DNA of 64,000 bases from positions 131,504,001 through 131,568,000 of the forward strand of contig NW_024704742.1 of assembly GCF_018977255.1 (NCBI RefSeq), written 5' to 3'. Below the pieces are notes generated by a model that did not search any database, had not been told where the DNA came from, and saw only the letters and a program-made list of their open reading frames with translations. Origin of the DNA: Callorhinchus milii. Lineage: Eukaryota. Positions 25,161-38,674 of the stretch are shown one piece after another (the stretch's first letter is position 1; the number at the start of each line of letters is the position of its first letter). Position numbers and translations under genes: made by a program.

Positions 25161-26092
25161 TTCAGGAATATGAATCTGACCTATACTCTTCATTTGTTGC
25201 CAATTGTTAATGCTCTGTCCTTGACCCATTTCTTTTGCAGGATACATAAATGCTTTTCTTGATATTTACTCTAAAGCAAATCTCCTTTATGTAGTCAGGC
25301 GATGCTGTTTTTCTAGATAGCTACCCATCTATATCTGTTGCACTGACATCCTCTCTCAGGTGAAATACCATCAGTTTCTCAATGGGAACTTTATGGCATC
25401 TTTCTCAACCTTGATAAAAGCAAATTCCCTTATATTGGTTTTCAGCAAAACAAATGGCAATTTGGAAATATAAATCTTATTGATTTTGCAGCCCTACCAA
25501 GCGAGGCAAAGTCAGCACTGAACTAAGTAACACTGGGGTAAATAACAGGGGAAATAACAATACTGAGGTAAATAATGCAGTTACTCAAGGCAGTGATTCT
25601 TCCCACTGTTTATTCTGCAAGCCAACGGTCTCATAGGCAGGACAGTCCTAACTGAACAAACCTTCCCGACAGCATTTGCAATGGAAACCTATATATTTTT
25701 AGTTGGTTACAGGCCAGCGTACGTTAAGTCACACTCAGGGGTCACTGCGCCTTGACTCTTGCCAGCCTGTGCCTAATAATCCTTGCATTTTTTTTGAATT
25801 ACCGGAATTAATAACAATAATAGTAGTAGTCCTTGCATTTTATATAGCGCCTTATCACGTCTTCGAGACATTTCAAAGCGCTGCACAGAATATGCTGTAA
25901 AGTGAATTGACTAGTTTTTGTGGGCGAAATCGGCAGCCAATTGACACAGCAGTGTCCCACAAACAGTCGTGGATTGAAGTGACTAATTTTTTTTTAAGGA
26001 ATTATTTCCCCCAGAAAAGCGATCCGCCAACTGGGTTCCAACTTTCTACCCGATCAACAGAGACCTGTGGAGTAAGGAAAAGTGGTGGAGTT

Positions 26093-26415
26093 TAATAATA
26101 ATAATAATAATCCTTGCATTTGATATAGCGCTTTTCACGTCGGGAGGACGTCCCAAAGCGCTTCACAGAACACACTGTAAAGTGAATTGACTGTATATTT
26201 GTGGGCGAATGCGGCAGCCAATTGTGCACAGCAATGTCCCACAAACAGTCGTAGATTGAAAATGACCAATCTTTATTATTGTTTTTGGTTTTGGAGGGAT
26301 TATTATTAGGCGTGTGGAGTAAGGAAACTTGCCCAAGGTTTCGCCCTGCCTGGAATTGAACTCAGGTCTCTCGCTTGCAAAGCGAGTGCTTTAACCACTG
26401 AGCTACAAGACTCCA
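26093..26415 (-). mobile_element. tRNA-Ala SINE subfamily A, full length (adjacent to an older B copy, 25815-26080)
   Basis: Near-perfect reverse complement of 16566-16890. Confidence 0.95.
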
Positions 26416-26786
26416 CGGTACAGTTTGGCACCGAGTTGGAAAGAGAGAACGGGAGGTAACCATAAGCAAGTTGAAGAGGAAGGCCTTCAGGTATGATCTG
26501 AAAATGGGCAAGGAGTGGACAAGACAGAGGGGTTGAGGCAGGGAGTTCCAGGCATATACAAGTGTAATTTGTTGTTGTTGTGGTGGCTGAAAACACCGCC
26601 GATGGTGGAGAGGAGGGGATGAGGGACGGGCAGGAGGCTGGAGCTGGCTGAGCGAAGATGGTGGGTAAAAGCGGGATATGTGAGCAGGTACTTTCATGTA
26701 GTTAAGGCCTCAAAGCTTGTCACAGAGATGGAAGGGAAACATGTATAGGGTGGGACCTTGGTAGATGGTAGGAAGATATAATAATC

Positions 26787-27114
26787 GGAGTCCTGTAGCT
26801 CAGTGGTTAGAGCACTCGTTTTGCAAGCGAGAGACATGAGTTCAATTCCAGGTAGGGCGAAACCTTGGGCAAGTTTGCTTACTCCACACAAAGCCTAATA
26901 ATAATCCCTCCAAAACCAAAAACAATAATAAATTGGTCATTTTCAATCTACGACTGTTTGTGGGACATTGCTGCTGCGCAATTGGCTGCCGCGTTCACCC
27001 ACAAATATACAGTCAATTCACTTTACAGTGTGTTCTGTGAAGCACTTTGGGACGTCCTCCCGACGTGAAAAGCTCTATATCAAATGCAAGGATTATTATT
27101 GTTATTATTATTAT
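26787..27114 (+). mobile_element. tRNA-Ala SINE subfamily A, full length
   Basis: Near identical to the 16566 copy; sits in the (TAA)n tail of a minus-strand DeuSINE (27115-27400). Confidence 0.95.
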
Positions 27115-28496
27115 AATACTTGTATTTGATATAGTGCCTTATCCACATCGTCAAGAAGTCTCAAAATGATTCATAGGATTTTACTGCAAACTGTAGTGCT
27201 TGTGTATTTGTGGTCAAACACGGTAGTGAATTTTCATACAGCAGTGTCCCACAAACAGCTATGGAGTGAGTGACCAATTTTACTTGGGAGGATTGTTGGC
27301 TAGGGTGAAACTCCCTCCTCTTTTCGTCCACCTGAACAGGCAGATGGCACCTCGGTTTAGCATCTCATCCAAAGGATGGCACCTCCAACAATGAAGTGCC
27401 CTATGACCTCCTAACGTGAGAGGTGGTATATAATGTAAATTGTGTTGAATTGTATTTAAAACCTCCCTCTTTTTATTGATTAGATCTTTGGTTTATGAAT
27501 TACAAAAAAAAACAACTTCAAAGTTAAGGCTGAATTCAACAATTTGCCGAATTCTGGACGCTGTGAAATGCTAAGTTAATAGAGTAAATGTAGACCCTGG
27601 TGGAGTATCTCAAATGCAAGGATTGTTATCATTACTTGTAAAGTGCTTTGGGATGTTCCGATATTAAAGCCTCTATATTAAATGCAAGTTCATTATGACT
27701 GTTTTCATCATTAGCTTCCACAGAGCTGGGTCAGGTATTGGGAGTGGAATTCATCCTTTTAACTTGATTATTGTACAAACCAGGCAATGTTTCAATCAGT
27801 TCTGCGTAACCATGCCAGCCACTCTTATCATACTTAAGTGAAAAACCATTGCACCATACAGTAAACGTCAAACTGGTCTCCACTTCCTGTGAGACGTGAA
27901 CTTCATCTTTCAATGTTCATCTTCAAATATTTTCACAACATTACATCTGAATACTGTGCATATAAAAGGCTCCCTCTCAGATCAAAATTTGTGCTTACGA
28001 ACCTTACATCTAAGGTCAGCCCAAGTTCAGCTGAAGTGAACAACAACCGTTTATGCTATATCAACCCTTACCCTTAATGCTTCCTTATGAGTATTCAAAT
28101 GGTCTCCACGCAGTCACTTACTGCTAAAATATGTCTCTAACCATGACAAGTTTATTGGCACTTGTTATAATTTCATGCTATTTACTTTGCTATATTTATT
28201 TTCTCATTTTTGCTGTTTGCAGCATCTTGTTGCAATTGCCCTATGTTTTATTTATATTTTGCTCACTGTATTATTATCATGTCCATGCTCATCTGGTTGA
28301 TAGCATATTACACTACGAGGTCTCCTCTGTTTCTGACAAATTCAGCTCTTCTGTATGAACGTTATACATATTAAATTTCCTCTTGCCGATTGTCTGCCCT
28401 CCTCCCCTCTTTATTCTTCCTTTTAGTGCAAGGTTTATGAGTATTATTAGGTGTGGGTCTAGCTTGGTTTAATAGCCTTCATTAATCAGTTTAGTT

Positions 28497-28852
28497 GTGG
28501 AGTCCTGTTGCATATAAGTTAGAGCACTTGCCTCGCAAGAGAGGACCTGGGTTCGATTCCCGGCAAGGCAGAATCCTTGGGCAAGTTTCCTTACTCCACA
28601 TGACCCCGTTTACCTTGCAGTAAGTAGGAACCTGGTTGTTTGCCAAATGCCAGATTGCTTTCTGGGGGTAGTAATCTGTTCAAAAAAAAATAATAATTTG
28701 TTCAATCCACGACTGTTTGTGGGACAATGCTGTTTGTGGGACGCTGCTGTGTGCAATTGGCTGCCGCATTTCATCCACAAAATATACAGTCAATTCAATT
28801 TACAGTATAATTTGTGAAGCGCTTTGAGATGTCTCAAGGATGTGATAAGGCT
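28497..28852 (+). mobile_element. tRNA-Ala SINE subfamily B
   Basis: Head ...gggttcgattcccggcaaggc, internal segment 28601-28670, 17-bp internal duplication at 28713-28746. Confidence 0.9.
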
Positions 28853-28887
28853 TTACCTCATATCCCTTAATAATCTTACCTCACAAA

Positions 28888-29280
28888 CGGTGTCTGACAT
28901 GTGGAAACGTATGGCCGTGTTTGAGTTTTCAGTCCTTACTGCTGAGAACTCCACCTACGTATGGAAATTTCCCTTTGCCTGGAATGGAGTGCACACTCTC
29001 TCCACAGAGGGAGGCACCCTGTTTATTTAGTACTGAAAAGTATGAGGCGCAAGTTGGCAAGAGCCAAGAGTGGCCATTGGAATTCCTGCTGGTGTTTATT
29101 CAGCAAAGCAGCACAGCTTGCCATTGAGAGCAAACCCTGAGAAGCTTCCCACTGTTTGTCCAGCTCGGACCACCATGTCCATTAGGGCTTGGCCCTGGCG
29201 GGGTTGACTGGAGGTAGGTGGAATGAATCTTTTCTCCCAGTGTGTAACAGCACTGATTCCCTCTCCTCCAGTTTGCATTC
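28888..29280 (-). mobile_element. Family X retroposon fragment
   Basis: ccacctacgtatggaaatttccc...ggaatggagtgcacactctctcc...aagttggcaagagccaag...gaagcttcccactg. Confidence 0.75.
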
Positions 29281-29773
29281 GTCCATAATGTACTTTATGC
29301 CATGTTTTTTTTCCAAAAGGGATCACTCTTGGCAAACGGAATCACTCAATCAACAGACTTGGTTGTGAGTTTTGGAGCCTAAGCTTTGAGGGGAAGCTTG
29401 CAGAGTTCACCTTGCTTTCACTGGAGAAAAGAACACCGATACGAGACTTTATCCAAGCCATTAAAGGGCCGGGAATCATGATTCAGACGTGAACAGACAA
29501 TGTGACTGAAAAAAAACATACGTTTCATCCCGAGATGCTAGACATTCAAGGGTGTGGACCTGAGCTGGAGATTGTATTCGGGAGGGGTGGTGGTAGGGGA
29601 TGGTGGAGGAAGATGACTAGAGGTGTTGTCAAAGAGAAAGGTCTTGAGATGAGCTTTGAAGGAGGTGAAGGAAGGCATGAAGCAACAGTACTCCGGGATG
29701 GAGTTCCAGAGAGTGGGGCAGAAAGACTGAAAGTCTCAATATTGATGGTTGGGCAAGCAAGGTGGGGGCTATG

Positions 29774-30100
29774 TGGAGTCCTGTAGCTCAGTGGTTAGAG
29801 CACTCGCTTTGCAAGTGAGAGACCTGAGTTCAATTCCAGGCAGGGCGAAACCTTGGGCAAGTTTCCTTGCTCCACACGTCTAATAATAATCCCTCCAAAA
29901 ACCCAAAACAATAATGAATTGGTCATTTTCAATCTACAACTGTTTGTGGGACATTAATGTGCGCAATTGGCTGCTGCGTTTGCCCACAAATATACAGTTA
30001 ATTCACTTTACAGTGTGTTCTGTGAAGCGCTTTGGGACGTCCTCCCGACGTGAAAAGCGCTATATCAAATGCAAGGATTATTATTATTATTATTATTATT
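29774..30100 (+). mobile_element. tRNA-Ala SINE subfamily A, full length, abutting an L2 fragment (29530-29770, minus)
   Basis: Near identical to the other A copies. Confidence 0.95.
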
Positions 30101-31112
30101 AAAACGCCTTTCACATCAGGAGGATATCGCAAAGCATTTCACAGGATTCAGTGAAACTGTAAAGTGTAGTGACTGTATATTTTATAGGCAAACACAGCAG
30201 TCAGTTTGCACACGGCAATGTCCCACAAACAGACACAAAGTGAATGATCAATTATATTGTATTTTGCATTTGTTGGCCAGGATACTTTCAGATGAGACAT
30301 TAAACCGGGGCCTGGACTGTTGAAATAGACATTAAAGATCCTGTTACACTATTCAAAAGAGAAGGGAGTTTCTCCTGGTGTCCTGGCCAACAAATAAGAT
30401 TTGTGACTCATTCTATGGCTGTTTGTAGGATATTGCTGTGTGTAAATTGGCTGCAGTGTTTCGCCCACAAAATACAAAGTCACTTCACTTTACAATATAT
30501 CCTCTGAAGCATTTTGTGGCCTCCTGTGCTGTAATGCTGTGATTCTATATGTGTGTCAGTCGACTGGTTTCATGCTACAGTTGGAAACAGATTGATTACC
30601 TTGATATACTTCATTACATATAGAGCTTGAAGCAAGTTTATAAAGAAATAATGGACATTACACAATAGCTGACGTTGGTATAGAGAGCAAAATATTCCAA
30701 CCAGCAAAAACAAGTGCGGATATTGTGAAATTCAATGGGCTTTGGGCTCATCATTTAATCCCACAAGACACAGATTTGGGAAGATCTATTGAATTCCTTG
30801 TTTTTCCCATGTAAAATGTGCCGACCCATCTGATTCTCTTGGTGTAGAACAACTTTGTTTGTTCTTTGAACTGCTGAATAAATTATAAGGAATGATACCT
30901 CTTAAGTCTTCCTGTCATGTGTAATTACTTTATGCAGTGTGGTCAATATGCGGAATCGTCCACCCAGGCTCAGAGAAAGTTCCTTGATTGTATAACATCA
31001 GAGTGTGCTAAACTTTGCCTTACTTATCTGAGATTAAAGGAGTAGTCTACAGTCTTTGTGCTACCTGGTGCCATTCTGGCTCAATGGTAGCATTCTTGCC
31101 TCTGAAGGCTAT

Positions 31113-31622
31113 TGTCGTGGCTAGGTGCGCTACATAAAACACAATTCAAAGACAATTTCAACAATCAACCATCGTAAGCTTTATTGACCCACTGCAGTGA
31201 GGGAAGAGGTCCTATCAGGTTACAATACCCGAGCAGGACAACTTCCAATTTTATGTGATTATACAGAGTATATATATATATATATTTAGAATACATGATA
31301 CACAAATCTTATCCAACCAAAATAGTTTGTTCACGTAAATACTTTGTTTCAATTTTCCTAATTGGTAGTTTTTTACTCTTCCATGGCTTTGTATTGTCTG
31401 TCAATTAAATTTGTCAAACATAGCGATACTCCTTACCAATTAGTTTTAGTGAGGCAGGAAAGACCTTGAAGGAGATCTTTTAATTTGCTGCCAAGAGTTA
31501 GTAGGCTTACCAATTTTTACTGAGACAGAGGACAGAATGCAGCCAGGAGGTGAAGGACTATTTACATTGTATTGCAAGATGTTTTTAACCAGTTATGTGA
31601 CAGTTCAAATTACATTTCCACA
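31113..31622 (-). mobile_element. Solo LTR (510 bp) inserted in a DeuSINE head
   Basis: TG...CA termini; 4-bp TSD ctat (31109-31112 / 31623-31626); minus-strand AATAAA near 31180; flanks rejoin to gcctctgaaggctatgggttcaa. Confidence 0.85.
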
Positions 31623-31746
31623 CTATGGGTTCAATTGCCACATCAGGACTTTGAAGTCACATAGTCAACGTTGCCATTTTAGTGTTGTACTGGGGTGTGT
31701 TGCATTGTCGGGGTTGCAGTCCTTTGGATGAAATAAGAAAAATATT

Positions 31747-33720
31747 TCATAGAATCATAGAATTATGCAGCACAGAAGGAGGCCATTTGGCCCATCATGT
31801 CTGTGCCAGCTCTTTGAAAAGAGCTATCCAATTCAATCCAACTCCCCCTCTCTCTTCCCGTAGCCCTGCAAACCTGTCCTCCCAAAATAATTATCTACTT
31901 CTCTCTTAAAAGCTGATATTGAATTGCCGTCCACCACCCTTTCAGGCAATGCATTACAGATCCGAACAACTTGCTGTGTAAAAAAAATTCTCCTCACCTC
32001 CCCTCTGTTCTTTTAACAACTATTTTAAATCGGTGTCCTCGAGTTACCAACTGACCTGCCAGTGGAAATAGTTTCTCCTTGTTCATGCTATCGAATACCT
32101 CTTAACCTTCTCTGTTCCAAGGAGAATAATCCTAGCTTCTCTAGCCTCTCCTGATAACTGAAGTCCCTCATGCCTGGCACCATCCTGGTAAATCTCCTTT
32201 GCATCCTCTCCAATGCCTTGACATCCGTCCTAAAGTGTGGTGCCCAGAACTGAACACAGTCTCTCGCTGAGGCCTAACCAGTGGTTTATAAAGGTTCATC
32301 ATAACTTCCTGACTTTTGTATTCTATGCCCCTATTTATAAGGCCTAATATCCTGTATGCTTTTTTAACAGCTTTATCTACCTGTACTGACACCTTCAAAG
32401 ATTTACTTATATGAACCCCCAGACTCTCTGTTCCTTCACCCCCTTTAAGATTGTACCATCAGCTTATATTGCCTCTCCTCATTCTGCCTCCCAAAATGCA
32501 TCACTTTGCATTTCTCCACATTAAACATCATCTGCCACGTATCTGCCCATTTTACCAGTCTGTCTATGTCCATTTGCAGTCTGCTACTATCCTCCTCACT
32601 GTTTACTACTTTTCCTAGCTTAGTATCATCTGCAAACTTGGAAATTGTACGCCCTATACTCAAGTCCAGGTTTCTGTATATTTTTCACCCAGAAATATAC
32701 TTACGTGGCACTATATCAAACACCTTTTGAAAATCCATATAAACTATATCAACTGCATTACCTTCAACCACCCTCTCTGATATTTCATTAAAAAAACTGT
32801 TATCAGGTTTAATACACATAATTTGCCTTTAACAAATCCATGTTGGCTGTCCTTTATTAACCCATATATTTCTAAGTGAAAATTTATTTTGTCTGGATTA
32901 TAGTCTCTAGAAGTTTCCCCACTACTGACATTACGCTGACTGGCCTATAGTTCTCGGGTTTATCCTTCTGCCCCATTTTGTACAGGGGAGTAGCATTTGC
33001 AACCCTCCAGTCCTCTGGCACCACCTCGGTGTCCAAGGCCGATTGAAAGATAGTGGCCAGAGCCTCCGTTATTAACATCCTTACTTCCCTCAGTAACCTC
33101 GCATGCATCCCGTCTGGACCAGGTGACTTATCTACCTTGAGCACTGATAACCTTTTTAGTACTTCCTCTCAGTTTATTCTTATCTTATCCAATTTCTCTA
33201 CCCTCTCCTCCGATATTGTGGCATTGGCGGCATTCTCTTCTTTTGTGAAGACAGATGCAAAGTATTCATTCAGTACCTCAGCCATACCCTCTGCCTCCAC
33301 AAGAATATTTCCTCTTTAGTCGGAACCTAATTGGATCCACCCTACCTTTGACTAACCTTTTATTCTTTATATGATTATAAAACACCTTAGGGATCCATTT
33401 TATGTTACCCGCTAATCTTTTCTCGTACAATCTCTTTGTCCCTCTTATTTCCTTTTTCAGTTTTCCTCTGTACTTTCTATATTCTATCTGATTATCTTCT
33501 GTATTTTGGACCTGACATTTATCATCAACCTCCTTTTTCTGTTTTACTTTAATCCCAATTTCTTTATTAATCCAGGAAGGTTTGGATGCCCTATCTTTCC
33601 CCTTAGTGGGAATGTATTTGTTCTGTCCCCGAACTATCTAGTCTTTGAAGGCTTTCCATTGCCCGCTAGCTGTTTTACCTGCCAATTCTTCTTTCCAAAC
33701 CTTTCTTTCCTTTCTTTCCT
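31747..33720 (-). mobile_element. CR1 LINE, ~2 kb, 5'-truncated with internal deletions
   Basis: LKVDKSPGPDGMH, DWRVAN.TPL.K...DKPENYRPVS, SKFADDTKLG, FNVEKCKVMHFG, IEYKSQEVMMNLYKPLVRP; CR1 tail ...tctgtgctgcataattctatgattcta. Confidence 0.97.
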
Positions 33721-34519
33721 GCCAATCGTTTCTTTTCATTCGCCTGTTCATTAAAGTAAGTAGTCACTAACGATCCTGTGACACTAAAAGAGAAGGGAGT
33801 TTCTCCCAACGGCTTGACCAACAATATTCTAGATAAACATGATGCAAATCATTCACTCTAGGGATGTTTGTGGGACATTGCTGCTATGACTGCCCATAAA
33901 ATTCAGTGCCTGCACTTCGGAGTAAATCCTGTGAAGTGCTTTGAATTATGCTCCCATTGTTAAAAGCACCATATCAAATGTAAGACTTATTTTTACATTT
34001 GGAAGCCTTGATGTATTCCGTTACATTTAGAGTCAAAATTAAGTTTTAGAGGACTAATAGACATTACACAGAAGCTGACCTTGTTACAAGCATTGCTCTA
34101 TTTGTACAAAGGAAGCATCTGCCCTTCATAGAACTATTGTATCTCTGTGAGATTTCACACAAATACCTATCTGTGTCTTATGCAGTCTGATGCAGCTTAT
34201 TTCTTCTCAATATTGGTTATTACCATGGTGAGTATTCAGTACCTCCCTCCCCCCCGCCCACCCCCCTTCAAGTTTGTCTACAAATAAACAGTCACAACAC
34301 ATTACAGAAAACTCTGTGAACCACTTTGTGATGTTTTGCTGTGATGAGCTGCTACATCAAATGCACGGATTACCATTAAGATGAGTAAACTCTAGGATTT
34401 GGGATAGCAGCTGCTGGAAAACAAGTTTGTGAAAACACTCATATATCCAGGGCTTAGTGTATATGTTGTTTGGTATGTAGAGAGGTAAACAGCTGTGCTG
34501 AACATTAACACTTTCAACT

Positions 34520-34920
34520 GGTGGAGCCTCTGCTCAATGGGTAAGGATGTGTCTCTGAGCTGTGGGCAGGAGGATGGAAGCAATACTCTCACACATTTTA
34601 TGCTGAGTTGTGCTTCTCACCGTGCAGCTTGCAAGGTTCCTCGCACCTGCTATCCACCTAGTGAGGGTTCAATCTTGCATTTAACAGATGTCAAAGGATC
34701 AGCTAGTCACTATCTTCCTGGGTGTATGGGGGTAGGAACAAAGTAAGCGAGGTCTCTTTGGGGCTGAGTTGGCTCCAAGGTTACGTGCTTGACATGGAAT
34801 ATTGGAATTGAGTCAATTCTCTGTGGCAGTCTCTATAGTCTGGTTACTGAGCCAAGCAGGTCTGCAGTACTCCAGGGCAGTGTTGATGACAGACCATGGC
34901 TCATCAGCAGGACTTGGAGG
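34520..34920 (+). mobile_element. Family X retroposon, 5' half with a degenerate tRNA-like head
   Basis: 34647-34920 aligns to the reverse complement of 10570-10836 (cacctagtgagggttca; gagcca.gc.ggtc..cagta.tccaggg; gcaggacttg); A-box-like gctcaatggg at ~34531. Confidence 0.7.
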
Positions 34921-36116
34921 ACTGCTGCCTTTGTCGACCACTCCATCCTCATACAACGTCTTTCCTCTTTACTTAACCTTCGCGGACCTGCCCTTGCCTG
35001 AATCGATTCCTATCTCTCTCACCGTCTCCATGTTGTTGCCTCTAATGGTTTCTCCTCCAGCCCCCGCACTGTCACGTCTGGCGTCCCCCAGGGCTCTGTC
35101 CTTATCTCCTCTTTAATATCGACATGCTCCACCTTGGTGACATCATCCGCAGACATGGGGTCAACTTCCATATGTATGCGGATGACACCCAACTCTATCT
35201 TTCTGCCTCCACCCTCAACTCCAGGACCACTGCTGTCCTGACAGACTGCCTTTCGGACATCATGTCCAGGATGAGGGCAAATTTCCTACAGTTGAATGTG
35301 AACAAGACTGAGGCCCTCCTGATTGACTCGCGCAAGCGCCTCTGCACCTCAAGCTCTGGCAACATCAACCTCCATGGTTGCACACTACAACTCACCAAGT
35401 CAGTCAGGAACCTCGGTGTCTTGTTCGACCCTCAACTGTCTTTTCTTCCCCATATCCAAGTCATGACCCGCTCTGCCTTCCCTCACCTCCGTAATATCGC
35501 CCGACTCCGCCACTACCTCAACCCTCAGGCAGCTGAACTCTTGTTCATGCCTTCATCACCTCCAGGCTCGACTATGCAAATGCCCTGCTTGTCGGCCTTC
35601 CCAACTCTGCAGCCTGTGTCCTCTCCTGCACCAAACTCCATGACCCCATCTCCCCCATTCTCGCCCGACTCCATTGGCTCCCTATCCTTCAGAGGATCCA
35701 GTTCAAGATCCTGGTCCTCACCTACAAAGCCCTCCATGGCCTCGCCCCACCCTACCTCTGCCACCTCTTAACGCCCTACCAACCTGCCCTTTTCCTCTGC
35801 TCAGTCAGCTGTGGCCTGCTCCACGTCCCCTGACCCACCTGCCCCACCATTGGCAGGAGAGGCTTCAGCCACTCTGCCCCCAACCTCTGGAATTCCATCC
35901 CCCAATCACTCTGCCTTGTCCCCTCCTTAGCCTCCTTCAAGTCCCACCTCAAGATCTTCCTCTTCGACCATGCCATTGGCCACCCCACTTCCTCTTCCCT
36001 CTCTTCTCCCTCCCTGACCCCAGCTCGGGTGTGAAATGCTGTACACTGTCCAGCGCCTTGGGATGTCCTCCCGAAGTGAAAGGCGCTATACAAATGTAAT
36101 CTTGTTGTTGTTGTTG
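34921..36116 (+). mobile_element. L2 LINE 3' 1.2 kb (RT, disrupted)
   Basis: [41 protein letters not shown]; type 1 tail. Confidence 0.95.
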
Positions 36117-36966
36117 GAGGAGAACACTAGACACTGTGGACTGGGATCCTTCCCAGTCAAATCTTGTTAATTCTGCAAGCCAAAGTGTTTGGAATGCTAA
36201 CCTTGCAGTTTTCGTTGATTAATTTCCAGCAGCACCACCGATGTGCACTCCCCAAAACTTGGCTGTTACCATTCAGCACAAAAACGTTCTGAGATTATGT
36301 GAGCAGGGTGCATCTCTACGGGATGCGAGAACTCAATATATATATCAGATAAACAGACATGTCAATACCTAATGTGGATTTCTGAATAGTTTGATTTGTA
36401 TGTGACTAAGCATGACAATGGGGTTACTTGCATTCTTGCATTCGCATTTGATGTAGCGCCTTATCATGTTGTTGAAACATCTCAAAGCACTTCACAGGAT
36501 ATACTGTAAACACTTCACAGGATATACTGTAAGTGGATTGACTGCGTATTTTGTGGACGAATGGGTTTTGTACGTGTCAGAAAAAGGAGAATATCTTTAT
36601 ATTTTGTTTTATGAGCATCCCTTACAGACTTCCACAAAATAAACCTGAAAATATTTTAGTGTTTTTCTTTAACCTAAGACATACAAGTATCAATGTCAAT
36701 TAAACAGCGTGAAACATTTCAGCAGATAGCTAAATGACAACTATTTAACCATAGCCAATGTACTGACCCGTTAATATCGCATGTCAGAAGACGTTTACAT
36801 TATTACATCTCTGGAGTGATCATTGTAAAATATGGGTCATTATATTGTACATATGGATGGATAAATGTAGCACAGGCTATATTGGTGTGATTGTGTGATT
36901 GATGAAAATGACTAAAGATGATAGAAAACAGGAATTGGATTCTAATCCCTGTTAACTGTTAACTGG

Positions 36967-37525
36967 TGCTTCCCAACTCCTCCCTTCATAAACTGCAGAT
37001 CATTCAAAACTCTGCAGCTCGTGTACTCTCACGCACCAGGCTCTGTTACCCCATCACTCCCACCCTTGCCCGACTCCACTGGCTCCCCATCCCCCAGAGG
37101 ATCGAGTTCAAAATCCTCGTCCTCACCTTTAAGGCCATCTATGGCCTTGCCCCCTCCTACCTCTCTGACCTGCTGACTCCCTACCAACCTGCCCACTCCC
37201 TCCGTTCATCGGGCTCTGGCCTGCTCAATGTCTCCCGCCCGACTCGCCCTACCATCAGTGGCCGGGCTTTCAGCCTCTCTGCCCCCACACTCTGGAACTC
37301 CATCCCACAGTCCCTTCGCCTCGCTTCCTCCCTTGCCTCCTTCAGGGTCGGTCTCAAGACCTTTCTCTTCAACCGTGCCTTTGGTCTCCCTCCCACCTCT
37401 CTGCATTCCCTAACCCCTACACCACCCCTCCCCCATGCTCGGGCCCCGACACCTGACTGTTCAGCGCTTTGGGATGTTCTCCCGACGTGAAAGGCGCTCT
37501 ATAAATGTAATTTTGTTGTTGTTGT
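36967..37525 (+). mobile_element. Young L2 3' fragment with an open ORF2 C-terminus
   Basis: [15 protein letters not shown]...[15 protein letters not shown]...LWNSIP...LKTFLFNRAF with no stops; type 1 tail. Confidence 0.95.
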
Positions 37526-37781
37526 TCTCCATTAAATTTGATGCAAGTAAGTTAATTGTGCTTCATCGATGATTCAAATTGAAGTGAGTTCCAATGCACG
37601 ACTTGTGCATCTGACCCTAAGATAAATAATTGGCCAGGTCTCAATCTAGATAAGTAAATACCGTGGAATTTGTCAAGATGCTATAAGACAGAGCAGCCCA
37701 AAAAATCATTGAACATAAGACTTGCAAATAGGCTGACTGATCGTATTATCATTGGCTGTGAATCGATTTTGGAAATGGTAG

Positions 37782-37869
37782 GGTAGAGATTTTCAATGGG
37801 GTTTGTGGCATTCCTTAATGGATTTCTTAACAAGAAATGTGCAATTACCAAATTTGAAAATCATCAACC
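37782..37869. mobile_element. Short palindromic MITE-like element (related copy at 4261-4326)
   Basis: ggtagagattttcaa / ttgaaaatcatcaacc termini; core cttaatggatt.cttaa shared with ~4282-4298. Confidence 0.5.
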
Positions 37870-38674
37870 ATGCTGAGAAAAGCGCTCATGTCATGTTTTC
37901 AGGTCATTCAACAGTGTTTTAAATATTCAATCATTCCACATTTTTGAATTAAGAAAAATGCTAAGAAATATTAAATTTTTTACATATGTGTAATTTTACG
38001 CACATATTATACATCCATTCATCTGTAGGGGATTAAAAAGAAATCAATGATATTATTTATTATAAGCGAGAGCATGTGGAAGGTTGGCTGGCACACAGTG
38101 TTTATTTCACTTTGAGGAAATGCATCTTATGCACAGCCAATAAACTGGTATAACATAAACTTGTTCATAACTGAGTTCACCAGGAAACTCCGGCAGATCT
38201 TATTCTGTAATGATAACAATAATCCATACATTTGATATGTGCTTCACTGGATATACTCTAAAGTGTTTTGTTTTGTGGGAGTAAAAAAATTATGCTCATA
38301 AATATACAGTCAATTCACTTTACAGTATATTCTGTGAAGCGCTTTGAGAAGTCCAGAAGATGTGAAAAGCGCTACATCAAAATGCAAGGATTATTTATTT
38401 TATAGATTGTGGCAGCCAGTTTGAGCACAGCAATGTCCCACAGAAAGCCATTAAGTGAATGAATAATTTTATTCGGGAGATTATTGGCCAGGACACCAGG
38501 AGAACAACAGCAACAACAACTTGCATTTATATAGCGCCCCTCACGCAGGTTGCATCCCAGAGTGCTTGGCAGTGGTGAAGCACAACTCTGAGCCAGGGGA
38601 GGTGACCGTAGGCACGGTCGAATTGGAAGGTCTTCAAGAAAAACTCCCTTCTCTTTGCAAATAGTACCAATCTT

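Noticed and set aside
25221..25530. Two good plus-strand splice acceptors (25240, 25359) with short open frames
   Set aside because: No convincing donor or recognisable protein; frames end in stops
25519..25597. Short inverted repeat cactgaactaagtaac / gttactcaaggcagtg around actg.ggtaaataa repeats
   Set aside because: Only ~12/16 paired; insufficient to assign to the MITE family
27731..28358. Short ORFs in unique AT-rich DNA, including a hydrophobic 75-aa ORF
   Set aside because: Lengths expected by chance; hydrophobicity reflects T-richness; no clear splice signals
29914..30102. Recurrent small ORFs ending [22 protein letters not shown] (also 38823, 42170, 46646, 61102)
   Set aside because: Chance translations of the SINE body and (ATT)n tail; frames and starts are not conserved
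36488..36533. 23-bp tandem duplication cacttcacaggatatactgtaa
   Set aside because: Ordinary slippage inside a SINE fragment
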